A stretch of 64,000 bases of DNA from an uncultured delta proteobacterium (lineage in GTDB: Bacteria > Desulfobacterota > Binatia > Binatales > Binataceae). A model generated the notes under the pieces. That model searched no databases. It worked only from the letters and a program-made list of their open reading frames with translations, and was not told the origin of the DNA. The translations under genes were made by a program, and so were the position numbers. The stretch's first letter is position 1. The number at the start of each line of letters is the position of its first letter. Shown here piece by piece: positions 9,648-21,537 of the stretch. Location of the stretch: contig CAWEEQ010000004.1 in NCBI GenBank assembly GCA_963808235.1, positions 1,344,001 to 1,408,000 of the forward strand, read 5' to 3'.

Positions 9648-10990
9648 ATCTCAGTTCCGGCCGCATCGATACCACGCTACTACTCTGGCGGCTGACAGGC
9701 GCTATTGTTGCGGCGGTATTCTTCGCCGGATGTGCGTACAGTCTGCTAAGCGGCAACCGCGTAAATCAGAAACAATCCGACAAAATCGAGGCCGGCATCC
9801 AGGATCTTCGCCAGCTCCGCTTCACCAAGCCGGTTCCGCTGGTGGTGAAATCCCAAGACGAGGCCGGTGCAATGATGGAAGCCGATCTGATGCGCGACTA
9901 CACAGACAACGAGCTCAAGGTAGATGCGGTCGCGGGCGCGTTGACGGGTCTCTATCCGTCGGGGCTCGATCTCAAGGCCCAATCGCTCAGCCTGATGAAG
10001 AGCGAGGTGGCCGGGTTTTACGATCCGCACGGCAAGGAAATGGTTCTGGTCGAGGGCGGCGCGGACCTGGGCTTCTGGAATAACGCGACTCAATTCATGA
10101 TCCAGCGCGACGTGGTTGGCGAGATGCTGCTTGCGCACGAACTTACCCACGCGCTGCAAGATCAGAATTTCAACCTCGAATCGAGTCTCGACAAAGTCAA
10201 AGACGATGACGACCGCGCGCTCGCGCTCAAGTCGGTCGCTGAAGGTGACGCGACGCTGGCCGGCTTCGCTTACGCAGCCGGCGTAATGGATGACGCCACC
10301 GCCGAAATGCTCGTCGCCAATCTGAAGGACCTTCCCAAAATGCTTGCGGCGGAGGCGCCGAATACTCCACTGGGGCTGAGCGCCCCGCTTCTATTCCAGT
10401 ATTCCGAGGGCGTCCATTTCGTCGCCGAGGCCTATCGGCGCGGTGGATGGACTGCTGTCGACGCGCTCTATCGCAACCCACCCGAGTCGAGCCATGAGAT
10501 CCTGCATCCCGCGCTCTACTTCGACAATCGCGTGCCCCAGGCGCGGATCACGCTCACCGGCTACCAAAACATCATGGCCGGATGGAAGACCGTCGATGAG
10601 GACACGTTCGGCGAGCTGTTGTTGCGGGTGATCCTCGAGCGCAACCTGGGCGCACAGTCAACCGAGCTTGGGCTCGCGTCGCGATGGATCGCCGATCGAA
10701 TGATCGTGCTCGAGGAGAGCCGTGGCGTAAATGTGATCTGGATGCTCGCGTTCGGCGACAACCAGTCCGCCAGCCACTTCGCCGTCGTCTACGCAACCTT
10801 GCTCGACCGCCTGCTTGGTGACTCCACCCCGCATCGAATCGACTGTCGCGGGAAACTGGTGCTGGTCGTGATCGGAGAAGGCGCAAACTACTTCGATACG
10901 TTGGCGCCCGCGATCTGGAGTGCCAGCTCGATCGAGTCAGGCGGCGTGACCGCGCGTCTCGAGCCTGCCGCCGGATCCGCGGCCCGCTGA
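9644..10990 (+). CDS. Lipoprotein, putative zincin metallopeptidase
   Basis: Lipobox FFAGC, AGFYDP, AHELTHALQDQ (HExxH), EGDAT. Confidence 0.75.
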   Translation: MNLSSGRIDTTLLLWRLTGAIVAAVFFAGCAYSLLSGNRVNQKQSDKIEAGIQDLRQLRFTKPVPLVVKSQDEAGAMMEADLMRDYTDNELKVDAVAGALTGLYPSGLDLKAQSLSLMKSEVAGFYDPHGKEMVLVEGGADLGFWNNATQFMIQRDVVGEMLLAHELTHALQDQNFNLESSLDKVKDDDDRALALKSVAEGDATLAGFAYAAGVMDDATAEMLVANLKDLPKMLAAEAPNTPLGLSAPLLFQYSEGVHFVAEAYRRGGWTAVDALYRNPPESSHEILHPALYFDNRVPQARITLTGYQNIMAGWKTVDEDTFGELLLRVILERNLGAQSTELGLASRWIADRMIVLEESRGVNVIWMLAFGDNQSASHFAVVYATLLDRLLGDSTPHRIDCRGKLVLVVIGEGANYFDTLAPAIWSASSIESGGVTARLEPAAGSAAR

Positions 10991-10993
10991 GCG

Positions 10994-13115
10994 CTAGCCA
11001 ACGTCGCCGAGACTGAAGCCGAACTCCAGCATCTTCTTCAGAGCCACGCGCGCGCCAGCCGATTGTGCGCCCTGCAGCGATGGATCGCGGCGCAACCACT
11101 CGTCGGCCATCTTGCGCGCTCGTTCGATCGTACGAAGGTCCCGAATAAGGTGGACGAAGCGAAGCGGCAGTGCGCCAGTCTGTCGCGATCCCAGCAGGTC
11201 GCCCGGTCCGCGCAGCTTCAGGTCGGCGTCCGCGACCTCGGCGCCGGTAGTGCATCTGCGCATGAGCTCGAGGCGTTCCAGCGCCTTATCTTCCGCATCG
11301 CGCGACGCCACCAGGCAGCATCGCGACGGCCTTTCGCCGCGCCCCACTCTGCCCCGCAACTGATGCAGTTGCGCGAGCCCGTATCGCTCCGCACAATCCA
11401 CTACGATGACGGTCGCCTCGGGCACGTCGATTCCAACCTCTACCACCGTCGTGCAGACCAGGAGATCGATGCCTCCGTCGCGGAACGCGCGCATCACACG
11501 GTCTTTCTCCGCGCCGCTCATCCGGCCGTGCATCGTCCCGATTCTCGCGCCGCGCAAACTGCCCTTGGCCAGACGCGCAGCAGTCGCAGAAACCGATTTG
11601 GCTTCATCTTCTTCGCCGTCGATAAACGGGACGACGTAGTACGCTCGGCCGCCCGCGGCGATCTCTGCAGCGAGCCCGCTGTGCACATTGGGCAGATCTT
11701 CTTCAGCGTACACTTCAGTCGCGATCGGCGTGCGCCCCGGCGGAAGCTCGTCGAGAAACGACACGTCGAGGTTTGCGAACAGAGTCATCGCAAGGCTTCG
11801 TGGAATCGGAGTCGCGGTCATCATGAGCAGGTTCGCCCGCGGCCCCAGCGCTTTCAGCTTCGCGCGATCGAAAACGCCGAAGCGATGCTGCTCGTCGATT
11901 ATGCCAAGTGCGAGATCGCGGATTCGCACTTTCTCCTGGATTAGCGCATGCGTCCCGAAAACGACCGCGACCTCGCCATCTGGCGAGTCCGCGCAAAATG
12001 TCCGCGCGCTCTTTTCCGATGACTTTTCCAGTCAGCAACGCGCTCCGGACTCCAAGCTGCCGGCACCATCGATCGAAGCTCCGGAAATGTTGCTCCGCGA
12101 GCAGTTCGGTCGGAGCCATCATGGCCGCCTGATAGCCGCATTCTGTCGCGCGCAGCATCGCCCAGAACGCCACCAGGGTCTTGCCAGAGCCCACATCGCC
12201 CATCAGCATGCGATTCATCTGACCCGGGCGGGTGAGGTCGCCGTCGATTTCCTCTATCGCGCGAGATTGCGACGAAGTCAGTTGGAACGGAAGATCGTCG
12301 GTCAACCGGCGGCTTAGATTTCGCGTTGCGCCGAGCGCGATACCGGCACGGCGTGCAGCGCGTCGGCGTTCGATCGAAAGCGCCAACTCGAAAACGAACA
12401 ATTCATCGAAGGCAAGAGCGAGATGACCGGGCGAGTCTCCGTCCGATAGCGCATGGAAGTCCGCGTCCGGCGGCGGATCATGCAAATACGCAAGCGCATC
12501 GCGAAGCGAGGGAAGTTCTCCGCGAACCTCCTCGGGCACCGCATTTCGAATAGAGATGCTAGCTTCCGCGAGAACGCGCGCCACGATGCTGCCGAAGAGC
12601 CGTTGCCCGACGAGCGCCGGCAGCCGATAGACCGGCCGGATAGGTTTCGGATCTCCGTCCGCGAGCCGATGCACTTCCGGCTGGTGAATCTCGATTTGAT
12701 CTTCGCCTCCGGCGTCAGAGACCGCCGTGACGCGCCCGCGCACGAGCACGCGCTCTCCGCCAGGAAGATAACCACGCATGTATGCGGGCAGGTTGAACCA
12801 CACGAGCCGAATCCGCCGGCCCTTCGCGTCGAGCCATCCGCTGGCGAGCCTTCTCCAGCGCGAGCCGCGCATCGGCCGCTCGACGATCTTGCCGAGGTCG
12901 CCTTCGACGACCGCCATCACTCCCGGCCGCAGATCGTTGGACGGGGTGCGTTCGCGCCAATCCTGGTATCGAGCAGGGAGATGGAAGATCAGATCGTTTG
13001 CGGTGACGATGCCGCGCGCTTCCAGAGCCATCGCACGCTTCGGGCCGATTCCCGGGAGCTCGTCAATCCGACTCGTGATTTGAAACGGTTTCGCGCCGCG
13101 CTCTTCTTTGCCCAT
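10994..13115 (-). CDS. recG: ATP-dependent DNA helicase RecG (one +1 frameshift near 11981)
   Basis: GDVGSGKT, MAPTELLAEQH in the 5' frame; GTHALIQ, IDEQHRFG, TATPIPR, QLRGRVGRG in the 3' frame. Confidence 0.93.
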
Positions 13116-13137
13116 CGTCTGCGACGCGAGGCGCACG

Positions 13138-16100
13138 CTAGCCGCGATGGTAATCCTGCAGCGCGCGCACTTCGAACGGATGAGTTTTCAAGGCCTCGAT
13201 TCCCTGAACCGCCGCGTTCGCACCCGCCATCGTCGTGAAGTACGGCAGGCGAAGTTCGAGCGCGGTGCGCCGAATCGAGAATGAATCTTTCGTCCCGCTC
13301 GCGTCAGGCGTGTTAATCACCATGGCGATTCGACCCTGCTTCATCGCGTCGACGATGTGCGGGCTGCCTTGTAGAACCTTGTTGATGTGCTCGCACTCAA
13401 GACCGAGCTGCCGGATGTAGCTCGAAGTTCCTGAGGTCGCAATCAAGTCGAACCCCATCGCAACCAGCCCGCGTGCTATCGGTTCAAGTTGTGTCTTGTC
13501 CTCGTCGCGCACGCTGATGAAGACCAACCCGGTGTCGGGCAGATTGGACGACGCCGCCAGCGACGCCTTCGCAAACGCCATCGCGAAGTTGGTGTCGATA
13601 CCCATCACCTCGCCGGTCGATTTCATCTCCGGGCCCAGAATTGTGTCGACTCCGGGAAATCTGCCAAATGGGAAGACCGACTCCTTGACAGCAACGTGCG
13701 ACGGCACCCGCTCGGTAGTGAATCCAATTTCGCGGAGCTTCTTTCCTGCCATCACGAGCGCTGCGTACTTCGCCAGCGGAACGCCGATCGCCTTGCTGAC
13801 GAATGGTATGGTGCGCGATGCACGCGGATTAACCTCGAGGATGAAGACCTCGCCGGCGAAAATTGCATATTGGATATTGATCAGTCCGACCACGCCGAGT
13901 TCTCGCGCCAGCAGTTTGGTTTGCGCTATCAATTCATCCTGCAGCGCGCGACTAAGCGTGGTCGGCGGCAACGCGCATGCGCTGTCGCCGGAGTGAATCC
14001 CGGCATGTTCGACGTGCTCCATGATTCCTCCGACGACTACGATTTCGCCGTCGGAGATCGCATCAACATCCACTTCGATCGCGCCTTGCAGATAGCGATC
14101 GATCAACAATGGATGACGCTCGGAGGCTTGCAGAGCCTGCGTGACGTAGCGTCGAAGCTCTTCTTCATTTGGGATAACTTCCATCGCACGGCCGCCGAGA
14201 ACGTAGGAAGGCCGGATCAGCACCGGGTAGCCTACTTTCGCGGCGCCCGCCAAGGCTTGCTCGAGACCGCGCGCGAGGACTCCATGGGGCTGCTTGAGGC
14301 CCAGCCGCGAGACCATCTCATTGAACCGCTCCCGATCTTCGGCTCGGTCGATCGAGTCTGGACTGGTCCCCAGAATTGGAACTCCAGCGCGCGCCAGCGG
14401 CACCACCAGCTTGAGAGGAGTTTGTCCGCCGAACTGCACGATTACGCCCAGCGGCTTCTCGCGTTCCGCGATCGCGATCACATCTTCAAATGTAAGCGGC
14501 TCGAAGTAGAGACGATCCGAGATGTCGTAGTCGGTAGAGACAGTCTCGGGATTGCAGTTCACCATGATCGTCTCGAAACCCGCCTCTTTCAGCGCGAGGC
14601 TCGCATGCACGCAACAATAGTCGAACTCGATCCCCTGCCCTATCCGGTTCGGACCGCCGCCCAGAATGATCACCTTGTTGCGACTGGTCGGCGGCGCTTC
14701 ATCTTCGCCTTCGTAGGTCGAGTACAGATACGGCGTGAACGCTTCGAATTCCGCGCCACAGGTGTCTACGGATTTGAAGACTGGCAGCACCCCGATCTCG
14801 CGACGGGCATCGGCCGCCGTGGCTTCATCGATCGAGCGGAGCTCGGCGATTCGCCGATCGGAAAAACCCATCGCCTTGAACTCGCGAAAGTACCCCTCGC
14901 TAAGCGGCTCCGTCGCGACCCGATGCTCCACGGAAACGAGATCTGCCACCGCGTCGATAAACCAACGATCGATCTTGCTCAGCTCAAACACTTCCTCGGC
15001 GGTGAGACCGAGTCGCAGCGCGTCGGCCAGATAGTACAAACGATGACTGCTCGGGACCGCGACCTGTGCGCGGATCTCCGCGAGGGCCTGGGCTCGCGTC
15101 TGCTCTGAGAGCCCACTCTCGAGTCCGTAGGAGCCTATCTCGAGCGAACGCAGCGCCTTCTGCAGCGACTCCTTGAACGTCCTTCCAATCGCCATCGCCT
15201 CGCCGACCGACTTCATCTGCGGGCCCAGCACGTCGGCGGCGCCGCGAAACTTCTCGAATGTGAAGCGCGGAATCTTGGTGACTACATAGTCGATGGTCGG
15301 CTCAAAGCAGGCCGGCGTCATCCGTGTGATGTCATTCGGTATCTCATCGAGGCGGTAGCCAACGGCGAGGCGCGCGGCGATCTTCGCAATTGGAAATCCG
15401 GTCGCCTTCGACGCGAGCGCCGAACTTCGCGACACGCGCGGATTCATCTCGATTATGACCATCCGGCCGCTGGTCGGCTCGATAGCGAACTGAATATTTG
15501 ATCCACCTGTATCGACGCCGATTTCCCGGATGATCCGCAGCGCGGCGTCGCGCATTATTTGATATTCCTTGTCGGTGAGCGTCTGCGCCGGCGCGACCGT
15601 GATCGAGTCGCCAGTATGCACGCCCATCGGATCGAGGTTTTCGATCGAACAGATAATCACCACGTTGTCGGCACAGTCGCGCATCACTTCGAGCTCGAAT
15701 TCCTTCCATCCCTCGACCGATTGCTCGATCAGCACCTCGTGGCTGGGCGACTGTTCAAGACCGTACGCAACTTTGGCGCGGTAGTCGTCGAGTTCGCGGG
15801 CGATCGAACCGCCGGTACCGCCGAGTGTTCGCGAGGGTCGTATGATAACCGGCAGGCCCAACTCGGTCAGCGACCGCTCAGCGTCGGCGGCAGAGTGCGC
15901 AATTACCGAGCGCGGAACTTCGAGTCCGATTTTCAACATCGCTTGCTTGAACAGGTCGCGGTCCTCGGCTTTCTTGATCGCCGGCAGCTTTGCGCCTATC
16001 AGCTCGCAGTTGAATCGTTCGAGTACGCCCGATTCGGCAAGCTCGATCGCAAGATTCAACGCCGTCTGTCCGCCGACGGTCGGAAGCAATGCGTCCGGCC

Positions 16101-16344
16101 GTTCCCGCTCGATTATTTTGCTCAGCGCGGCAACTGTCATCGGCTCTATATAGGTGCGATCCGCCAGGTCCGGATCGGTCATGATCGTCGCCGGATTTGA
16201 GTTGACCAGGATGAGCTTCAGGCCCTCCTCGCGGAGTGCTTTCAACGCCTGCGTGCCCGAGTAGTCGAACTCGCACGCCTGCCCGATCACGATCGGCCCC
16301 GAGCCAATCAGCAGGACTGATTTTAAATCTTTACGAAGCGGCAA
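13138..16344 (-). CDS. carB: Carbamoyl-phosphate synthase large subunit
   Basis: [17 protein letters not shown], duplicated ATP-grasp domains, MGS domain. Confidence 0.98.
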   Translation of the reverse strand: MPLRKDLKSVLLIGSGPIVIGQACEFDYSGTQALKALREEGLKLILVNSNPATIMTDPDLADRTYIEPMTVAALSKIIERERPDALLPTVGGQTALNLAIELAESGVLERFNCELIGAKLPAIKKAEDRDLFKQAMLKIGLEVPRSVIAHSAADAERSLTELGLPVIIRPSRTLGGTGGSIARELDDYRAKVAYGLEQSPSHEVLIEQSVEGWKEFELEVMRDCADNVVIICSIENLDPMGVHTGDSITVAPAQTLTDKEYQIMRDAALRIIREIGVDTGGSNIQFAIEPTSGRMVIIEMNPRVSRSSALASKATGFPIAKIAARLAVGYRLDEIPNDITRMTPACFEPTIDYVVTKIPRFTFEKFRGAADVLGPQMKSVGEAMAIGRTFKESLQKALRSLEIGSYGLESGLSEQTRAQALAEIRAQVAVPSSHRLYYLADALRLGLTAEEVFELSKIDRWFIDAVADLVSVEHRVATEPLSEGYFREFKAMGFSDRRIAELRSIDEATAADARREIGVLPVFKSVDTCGAEFEAFTPYLYSTYEGEDEAPPTSRNKVIILGGGPNRIGQGIEFDYCCVHASLALKEAGFETIMVNCNPETVSTDYDISDRLYFEPLTFEDVIAIAEREKPLGVIVQFGGQTPLKLVVPLARAGVPILGTSPDSIDRAEDRERFNEMVSRLGLKQPHGVLARGLEQALAGAAKVGYPVLIRPSYVLGGRAMEVIPNEEELRRYVTQALQASERHPLLIDRYLQGAIEVDVDAISDGEIVVVGGIMEHVEHAGIHSGDSACALPPTTLSRALQDELIAQTKLLARELGVVGLINIQYAIFAGEVFILEVNPRASRTIPFVSKAIGVPLAKYAALVMAGKKLREIGFTTERVPSHVAVKESVFPFGRFPGVDTILGPEMKSTGEVMGIDTNFAMAFAKASLAASSNLPDTGLVFISVRDEDKTQLEPIARGLVAMGFDLIATSGTSSYIRQLGLECEHINKVLQGSPHIVDAMKQGRIAMVINTPDASGTKDSFSIRRTALELRLPYFTTMAGANAAVQGIEALKTHPFEVRALQDYHRG

Positions 16345-16378
16345 CTTGAGAATCCAATTTATTTGTCAACTTGTGTTT

Positions 16379-17575
16379 TCATCGCGCGGCCGCGGCCTCG
16401 GCGGCGATAATTCGGTCCAGGCTATCTGCGCCATAGCGCGGGAATGCTGCGACCAGCTTCTTGAATCGGCCGAACAGATAGCTCGAATCGTGCGGACCCG
16501 GCGACGCCTCAGGATGGTACTGCACCGAAAAAAATGGCGCCCCGATTCCACGCAGTCCTTCGACGGTCTTGTCGTTCAGGTTCAAATGCGAAAGTTCCGC
16601 ACGGCCCTTGAGCGATTCGGAGTCGACCGCGAACCCGTGATTCTGCGAAGTTATCTCGACCCGCTGCGTCCGCAGATCCATCACCGGGTGATTCGCGCCA
16701 TGATGACCGAAGTCGAGCTTGTAGGTTTTGCCGCCCAGCGCCAGCCCGAGCAGTTGATGACCAAGGCAGATGCCGAACACGGGCTTCTTCCCAAGTACTC
16801 CCGCGATGGCTCTGTAAGCGTACGGCAGCGCGGCAGGATCCGCCGGACCATTTGACAGAAAAATCCCATCGGGATTGTTCGCGAGAATCTCCACCGCGGT
16901 TGATGCCGCGGGCATCACCTTTACCCGGAACCCGGTCGCCACGAGGCGGCGCAGGATGTTCAATTTGATCCCGTAGTCGAGCGCCACTACAAACGGCGCA
17001 TCGCGCATCGCTTCTCGACTCGCTCGAACGTGCCCGCGACCTAGTTCCCAATCTCCGAAATCCCAATCGTAGGCCTCGCGGCAGGTCACCTCTTTCACCA
17101 GGTCACGCCCGACCAGGCCTGGCGACGCCTTTGCCTTGCGCACAAGCGATTCCGGATTCAGATCGGTACTTGAGATCACCGCCTCCTGCGCGCCATGGGT
17201 ACGCAGATGACGAACCAGCGCGCGCGTATCTATACCCTCGATTCCGACGACCCGCGCCTGTTCAAGATACTTTCCAAGCGGCATTTCCGAGCGCCAGTTC
17301 GACGGCCGCTCCCAATATTCGCGGACGATGAAGCCCTCGACGTAAACGCGGCGCGACTCCGCATCTTCCGCGTTGACGCCGACATTGCCGATTTCCGGAT
17401 AGGTCATGCAGACCAATTGGCCCTTATAGGACGGGTCGGTCAGCACTTCCTGGTAACCGGTCATCGCGGTATTGAACACCGCTTCGCCGACGGTCTCGCC
17501 GATCGCGCCAAATGCGTGCCCGCGGAAAATCCTGCCGTCCGCCAACGCGAGTATCGCTTCAGTGCCTTTGCTCAT
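16379..17575 (-). CDS. carA: Carbamoyl-phosphate synthase small subunit
   Basis: [27 protein letters not shown]. Confidence 0.98.
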   Translation of the reverse strand: MSKGTEAILALADGRIFRGHAFGAIGETVGEAVFNTAMTGYQEVLTDPSYKGQLVCMTYPEIGNVGVNAEDAESRRVYVEGFIVREYWERPSNWRSEMPLGKYLEQARVVGIEGIDTRALVRHLRTHGAQEAVISSTDLNPESLVRKAKASPGLVGRDLVKEVTCREAYDWDFGDWELGRGHVRASREAMRDAPFVVALDYGIKLNILRRLVATGFRVKVMPAASTAVEILANNPDGIFLSNGPADPAALPYAYRAIAGVLGKKPVFGICLGHQLLGLALGGKTYKLDFGHHGANHPVMDLRTQRVEITSQNHGFAVDSESLKGRAELSHLNLNDKTVEGLRGIGAPFFSVQYHPEASPGPHDSSYLFGRFKKLVAAFPRYGADSLDRIIAAEAAAAR

Positions 17576-18942
17576 CGAACCGCGGAATCCTTCCTGCCGT
17601 CGAAAACAATTTCGCCGTTTACAATAGTGAGAACCGCCCTACCCTTCAGACGCATCCCGGTGAACGGCGTATTGCGGCTTTTCGACAGAAACTTTTCAGG
17701 AGTGACGGTCCATTCCAGGTTTTGATCGATAACCGTAATGTCCGCGATTGCACCGACCGCAAGTGTTCCCGCTTCGAGTCGAAGCAGAGCCGCCGGGTTG
17801 AGCGACATCATTTGGACCATACGGGACACGTCGATTGTCGATCGATGCACCAGGTCGAGCGCCAATCCGAGCGAAGTTTCGAGACCGACCACGCCGTTCG
17901 CGGCATGCCCAAAACTTTCGGCAACACTCTGCGCGAGCTTTACTGGCGCATGGCCCGGACCGAAATGCGCCGCCAGCTCGTCCATTCGCTTCGACTTGGG
18001 ATCGTGCGGCGCGTGATCGGACGCGATCATGTCGGCGGTTCCATCGCGTATCGCGGCGCGAACCGCCTCAACGTCTTCGCGGCTGCGAAGCGGTGGATTC
18101 ATTTTCGCGTTCGGTCCCCAGGTCAGTGCCGCGGATTCATCGAGGGCAAAATGATGCGGCGTCACTTCGCATGTAACCTGTGCTCCGTGCCGGCGCGCCG
18201 CTCGAATCAGATCGAACGACTCCGCGGTTGACACATGCGCAACATGAACCGTGGCGCCCGAGCCAATCGCGATCGCGAGGTCGCGCCGCACGCGCTCTGA
18301 TTCCGCGGAGTCGCTATAGCCGGTGACCCCAAGTTGGCTCGATATATCGCTCGCGTTCAGCGCACCGCCGCACGACAACGATCGATCCTCCTCATGCAGT
18401 GAGATCGCGTAGCCGAGTCGCTTGGTCGCATCGAAGGCCTGGGAAAGAATCATCGGATCGTCGATCGGAATGCCGTCGTCGGAAAACAGTCTGGCGCCTG
18501 CTTCGATCATGGCTGCGAAGTCTACCGGTTCAACGCCGCGAAGATCGCGCGTGACTGCCGATACCGGAATCAGCCGCGCGCAATGCGCACTCTTGGCGCG
18601 TTCGAGCATGTAGCGCGTCGTAGCGGGATTGTCGTTGACCGGCGACGTGTTGGCCATCGCTGCAACTGCCGTGAAACCACCGGCCGCAGCGGCTCTCAGT
18701 CCGGTCGCGATCGTCTCCTTTTCTGGAAACCCGGGGTCGCGCAAATGGACATGAGGGTCGATGAGTCCCGGAACTACCCAACAATCGCGCACATCTACAA
18801 TCGGAACGCCCTCAGGAGGTGTCAACGATCCTGCCGGTTCAACCGCTTCGATCTCGCCGTCGCGGACAAGCAGATCATACGCGCCTTCAACCGCGCTTCC
18901 CGGATCGATGACTCTTCCGCCTCTGAGCAGCATCGAGTTCAT
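17572..18942 (-). CDS. pyrC: Dihydroorotase (type I, long form)
   Basis: [36 protein letters not shown]. Confidence 0.95.
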   Translation of the reverse strand: MNSMLLRGGRVIDPGSAVEGAYDLLVRDGEIEAVEPAGSLTPPEGVPIVDVRDCWVVPGLIDPHVHLRDPGFPEKETIATGLRAAAAGGFTAVAAMANTSPVNDNPATTRYMLERAKSAHCARLIPVSAVTRDLRGVEPVDFAAMIEAGARLFSDDGIPIDDPMILSQAFDATKRLGYAISLHEEDRSLSCGGALNASDISSQLGVTGYSDSAESERVRRDLAIAIGSGATVHVAHVSTAESFDLIRAARRHGAQVTCEVTPHHFALDESAALTWGPNAKMNPPLRSREDVEAVRAAIRDGTADMIASDHAPHDPKSKRMDELAAHFGPGHAPVKLAQSVAESFGHAANGVVGLETSLGLALDLVHRSTIDVSRMVQMMSLNPAALLRLEAGTLAVGAIADITVIDQNLEWTVTPEKFLSKSRNTPFTGMRLKGRAVLTIVNGEIVFDGRKDSAVR

Positions 18943-20885
18943 TGCGCTGCTTCCGTTTCCTTGAGCGGTTCGACGATCGAATAAATCATCACCCGGTCGT
19001 GCGACATCGTTTTGCTATCGGCATCAGAGGGCGCGAGCCGGACCTGCACGCGCTCGGTGCGCGAGGTCGGGATATTCTTGCCAACGAAATTCGGCCGAAT
19101 CGGCACCGCGCGATGCCCGCGGTCGATCAATACGGCAAGCTTGACTGCCGCGGGACGTCCGCGCTGCCAAATCGTCGCCATCGCTCGCTGCACGGTCCAT
19201 CCGCTGTTAATCACGTCATCAACGAGGATTATGGTTCGATCTTCGACATCGAAATTGTCGGTGCCGTCGATCGGATGCACGGCTTCCAAGGGACTGTACA
19301 CGTCGAGGGCCGCGCAAGGCGGACGAATCCTGGTCTTGCGTTCGACGAGGTCGCGGAGCCTCAGCGCGAGGATCGCGCCACGGCTGATTACGCCGACGAT
19401 CGACACGCCGGTCATATCTGGCATCTCGGCGATCAGCTGATCGGCAATGGATTCGATTGCATGCGCGACCTCGTCGGACCGCATGATTTCGCGCTGCGGG
19501 CCGCGCTTGTAGGGCTCGTAGCCGCCTTCTTCGGCCTGCTTGACGCTCTCGAAAACCGCTAGCGAGCCTTCTTCGATCCATTGGCGGACGTAGCCTTGCA
19601 GGTTTTCGTCGAAGCGGTAGAAGCGATGAGAGCGCGCGTGGCCGACGTATTCGATCTTCAGTTCACGTTCACAGAAGTCGCACTTCAGCGCGAGTATGGT
19701 GGCGTCCGCGCTTCGCGCGAACCGGAAACGCGGGCGCAAGTACGCGCCTTCGAACCTGGTGACGCAGTTGGGATTTGCGCATCGCGGCGGCGCCCCGCTC
19801 TTGAAACGAATCGGCTCCGCCGTCGGCCGGCGCTGAATCCCTGCGCCAGCGCTCTTTTCGATAAGCCATGCGATCAGTGCCATGCGGACCGGGACCCCCG
19901 CGGCGGCTTGCTCGAAGTACACCGCGCGCGGATCGCTATCGAGTTCGTACGCGAGCTCGCCCGTGCGCGGCAGCGGATGCATCACGACCGCTTCCTGGGT
20001 GCGGCTGGTCTTGAGCGCGCGCGCGTCGAAGCGCACGTACTCGCCGCCATTCGCGTCCTTGCCGGTCATTCGCTCTTTCTGCAGACGCGTGACGTAAAAT
20101 GCGTCGAGCGCGGCCGGCGGTTCGACCGACGCAATGTTCCGCGTCGCGTCGCCACCGGTGAACAGCGCCATCTGATGCGGCGCGCTGGGCGTCAGGTAAA
20201 GCGCATCGAGTCCGCCCGCGAGCGTCTTGAGCTCGTCCATCGTCACCGTCGAGAAGTTGTAGTTGCGCTCCGCGGCGAGCCGCTCCAGCACGTAGTCGGG
20301 CACATCCATTCCCGCGGTCGGCACCGCGACGATATTCGCGCCGAATCGCGCCAGCGCATAAATCAGCGAATGAACCGTGCGGCCGAACTTCAAGTCCCCG
20401 CACAGCGCGACAGTCAGTCCCTTCAGATGCCCTTTCTTCCTGCGCAGGATGTACAGGTCGCAGAGCGTTTGCGTCGGATGCTCGCGGCTGCCGTCGCCGG
20501 CGTTCAGCACCGGGCACGCCGCGTAGTCCGCCGCAACTCGCGCACTGCCGTCGTGAGGATGGCGCAACACGATCAGGTCCGCATACCCGCTGACAACGCG
20601 GACCGTGTCGGCGAGGCTCTCGCCCTTGGCGGCCGAACTTGCGTGCATATCCGCCGAACTGATCACGGCGCCACCGAGGCGATGCATCGCGGATTCGAAA
20701 CTGAGGCGGGTCCGCGTCGAGGGCTCGTAAAATAGCGTCGCCATGATTAGTCCGCTGGCGGTCGTGATCTGTCCGCCACTGTCGAGCGATTCCGCAAAGC
20801 CGTCGGCGAGCGCGAACACGTGCTCGATCTCCGAGGTGTCCAGATCGTCGATCGAAACGACGTCGAATTTTTTAAGCCGTGACAT
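18939..20885 (-). CDS. pyrB: Aspartate carbamoyltransferase fused to PyrI zinc domain and PyrR-like PRTase domain
   Basis: FYEPSTRTRLSFE, HPTQTLCD, RLQKER, HPLPR (ATCase); RCANPNCVT...LKCDFCE (PyrI C-terminal Zn site); IILVDDVINSGWT, LIDRGHRAVPIRPNFVGKNI (PyrR fold). Confidence 0.93.
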   Translation of the reverse strand: MSRLKKFDVVSIDDLDTSEIEHVFALADGFAESLDSGGQITTASGLIMATLFYEPSTRTRLSFESAMHRLGGAVISSADMHASSAAKGESLADTVRVVSGYADLIVLRHPHDGSARVAADYAACPVLNAGDGSREHPTQTLCDLYILRRKKGHLKGLTVALCGDLKFGRTVHSLIYALARFGANIVAVPTAGMDVPDYVLERLAAERNYNFSTVTMDELKTLAGGLDALYLTPSAPHQMALFTGGDATRNIASVEPPAALDAFYVTRLQKERMTGKDANGGEYVRFDARALKTSRTQEAVVMHPLPRTGELAYELDSDPRAVYFEQAAAGVPVRMALIAWLIEKSAGAGIQRRPTAEPIRFKSGAPPRCANPNCVTRFEGAYLRPRFRFARSADATILALKCDFCERELKIEYVGHARSHRFYRFDENLQGYVRQWIEEGSLAVFESVKQAEEGGYEPYKRGPQREIMRSDEVAHAIESIADQLIAEMPDMTGVSIVGVISRGAILALRLRDLVERKTRIRPPCAALDVYSPLEAVHPIDGTDNFDVEDRTIILVDDVINSGWTVQRAMATIWQRGRPAAVKLAVLIDRGHRAVPIRPNFVGKNIPTSRTERVQVRLAPSDADSKTMSHDRVMIYSIVEPLKETEAAQ

Positions 20886-20925
20886 CAGGAATTTCGCCGC
20901 GTCGCGATCGCGAGCACGCGACGCT

Positions 20926-21468
20926 TCACTTTTCCTCTCCGATTACGACTGCGTCCGCGCCGTCAATCTCAACCAGGCGCACGTAGACGCGTTGCCCATC
21001 CGGCGCCTGAATATTTTTGCCCACGTAGTCGGCGCGAATCGGAAGCTCGCGCTCGCCGCGATCCACCAGCACCGCCAGCTGAACGGACTCCGCCCTGCCC
21101 AGGTCGGAGATCGCATCAAGCGCGGCGCGCACCGTCCGGCCGGTGTAAAGGACGTCGTCCACCAGCACGACTCGTTTGCCGTCGAGCGAAAACGGGATAT
21201 CGCGACCGATCAACCTCGGGTCGCCTGGCATTCCCTTTCCGTCGTCGCGGTATGACGAGATATCAAGCGTGCCGACCGGTACCGGCCGCTTGCCATTGGA
21301 ACGAAGCTCGGCGGCGATCCGCTCCGCCAGCTTCGCGCCGCGACGCACGATGCCGACCAGCACGACGTTGTCGGCGCCCCCGTTGCGCTCGGCGATCTCC
21401 ATTGCGATTCGCTTGATCGATCGTCCGAGCTGAGCCGAGTCCAGCGCAACGCTTCGCTGCGCGCTCAT
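20926..21468 (-). CDS. pyrR: Pyrimidine operon attenuation protein / uracil PRTase PyrR
   Basis: KRIAMEIAERN, LDISSYRDD, VDDVLYTGRT, ELPIRADYVGKN. Confidence 0.95.
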   Translation of the reverse strand: MSAQRSVALDSAQLGRSIKRIAMEIAERNGGADNVVLVGIVRRGAKLAERIAAELRSNGKRPVPVGTLDISSYRDDGKGMPGDPRLIGRDIPFSLDGKRVVLVDDVLYTGRTVRAALDAISDLGRAESVQLAVLVDRGERELPIRADYVGKNIQAPDGQRVYVRLVEIDGADAVVIGEEK

Positions 21469-21478
21469 CGCGACACCC

Positions 21479-21510
21479 AAAAAAAATCCCGGCTGCGAAT
21501 ACAGCCGGGT
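21479..21510 (-). terminator. Attenuator terminator of the pyr leader
   Basis: Minus strand CCCGGCTG-tattcg-CAGCCGGG followed by A and T8, ending 10 nt upstream of the pyrR ATG. Confidence 0.85.
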
Positions 21511-21537
21511 CGAAGACTACATAGTTTCATTGTCGTC

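Noticed and set aside
10994-13115. Programmed frameshifting or a naturally split recG
   Set aside because: No slippery site; the same one-base insertion pattern occurs in four unrelated genes
18939-20885. pyrB-pyrR fusion as a sequencing artefact
   Set aside because: The linker is continuous and protein-like, no internal stop/RBS junction is evident, and a separate intact pyrR exists; still worth confirming with reads
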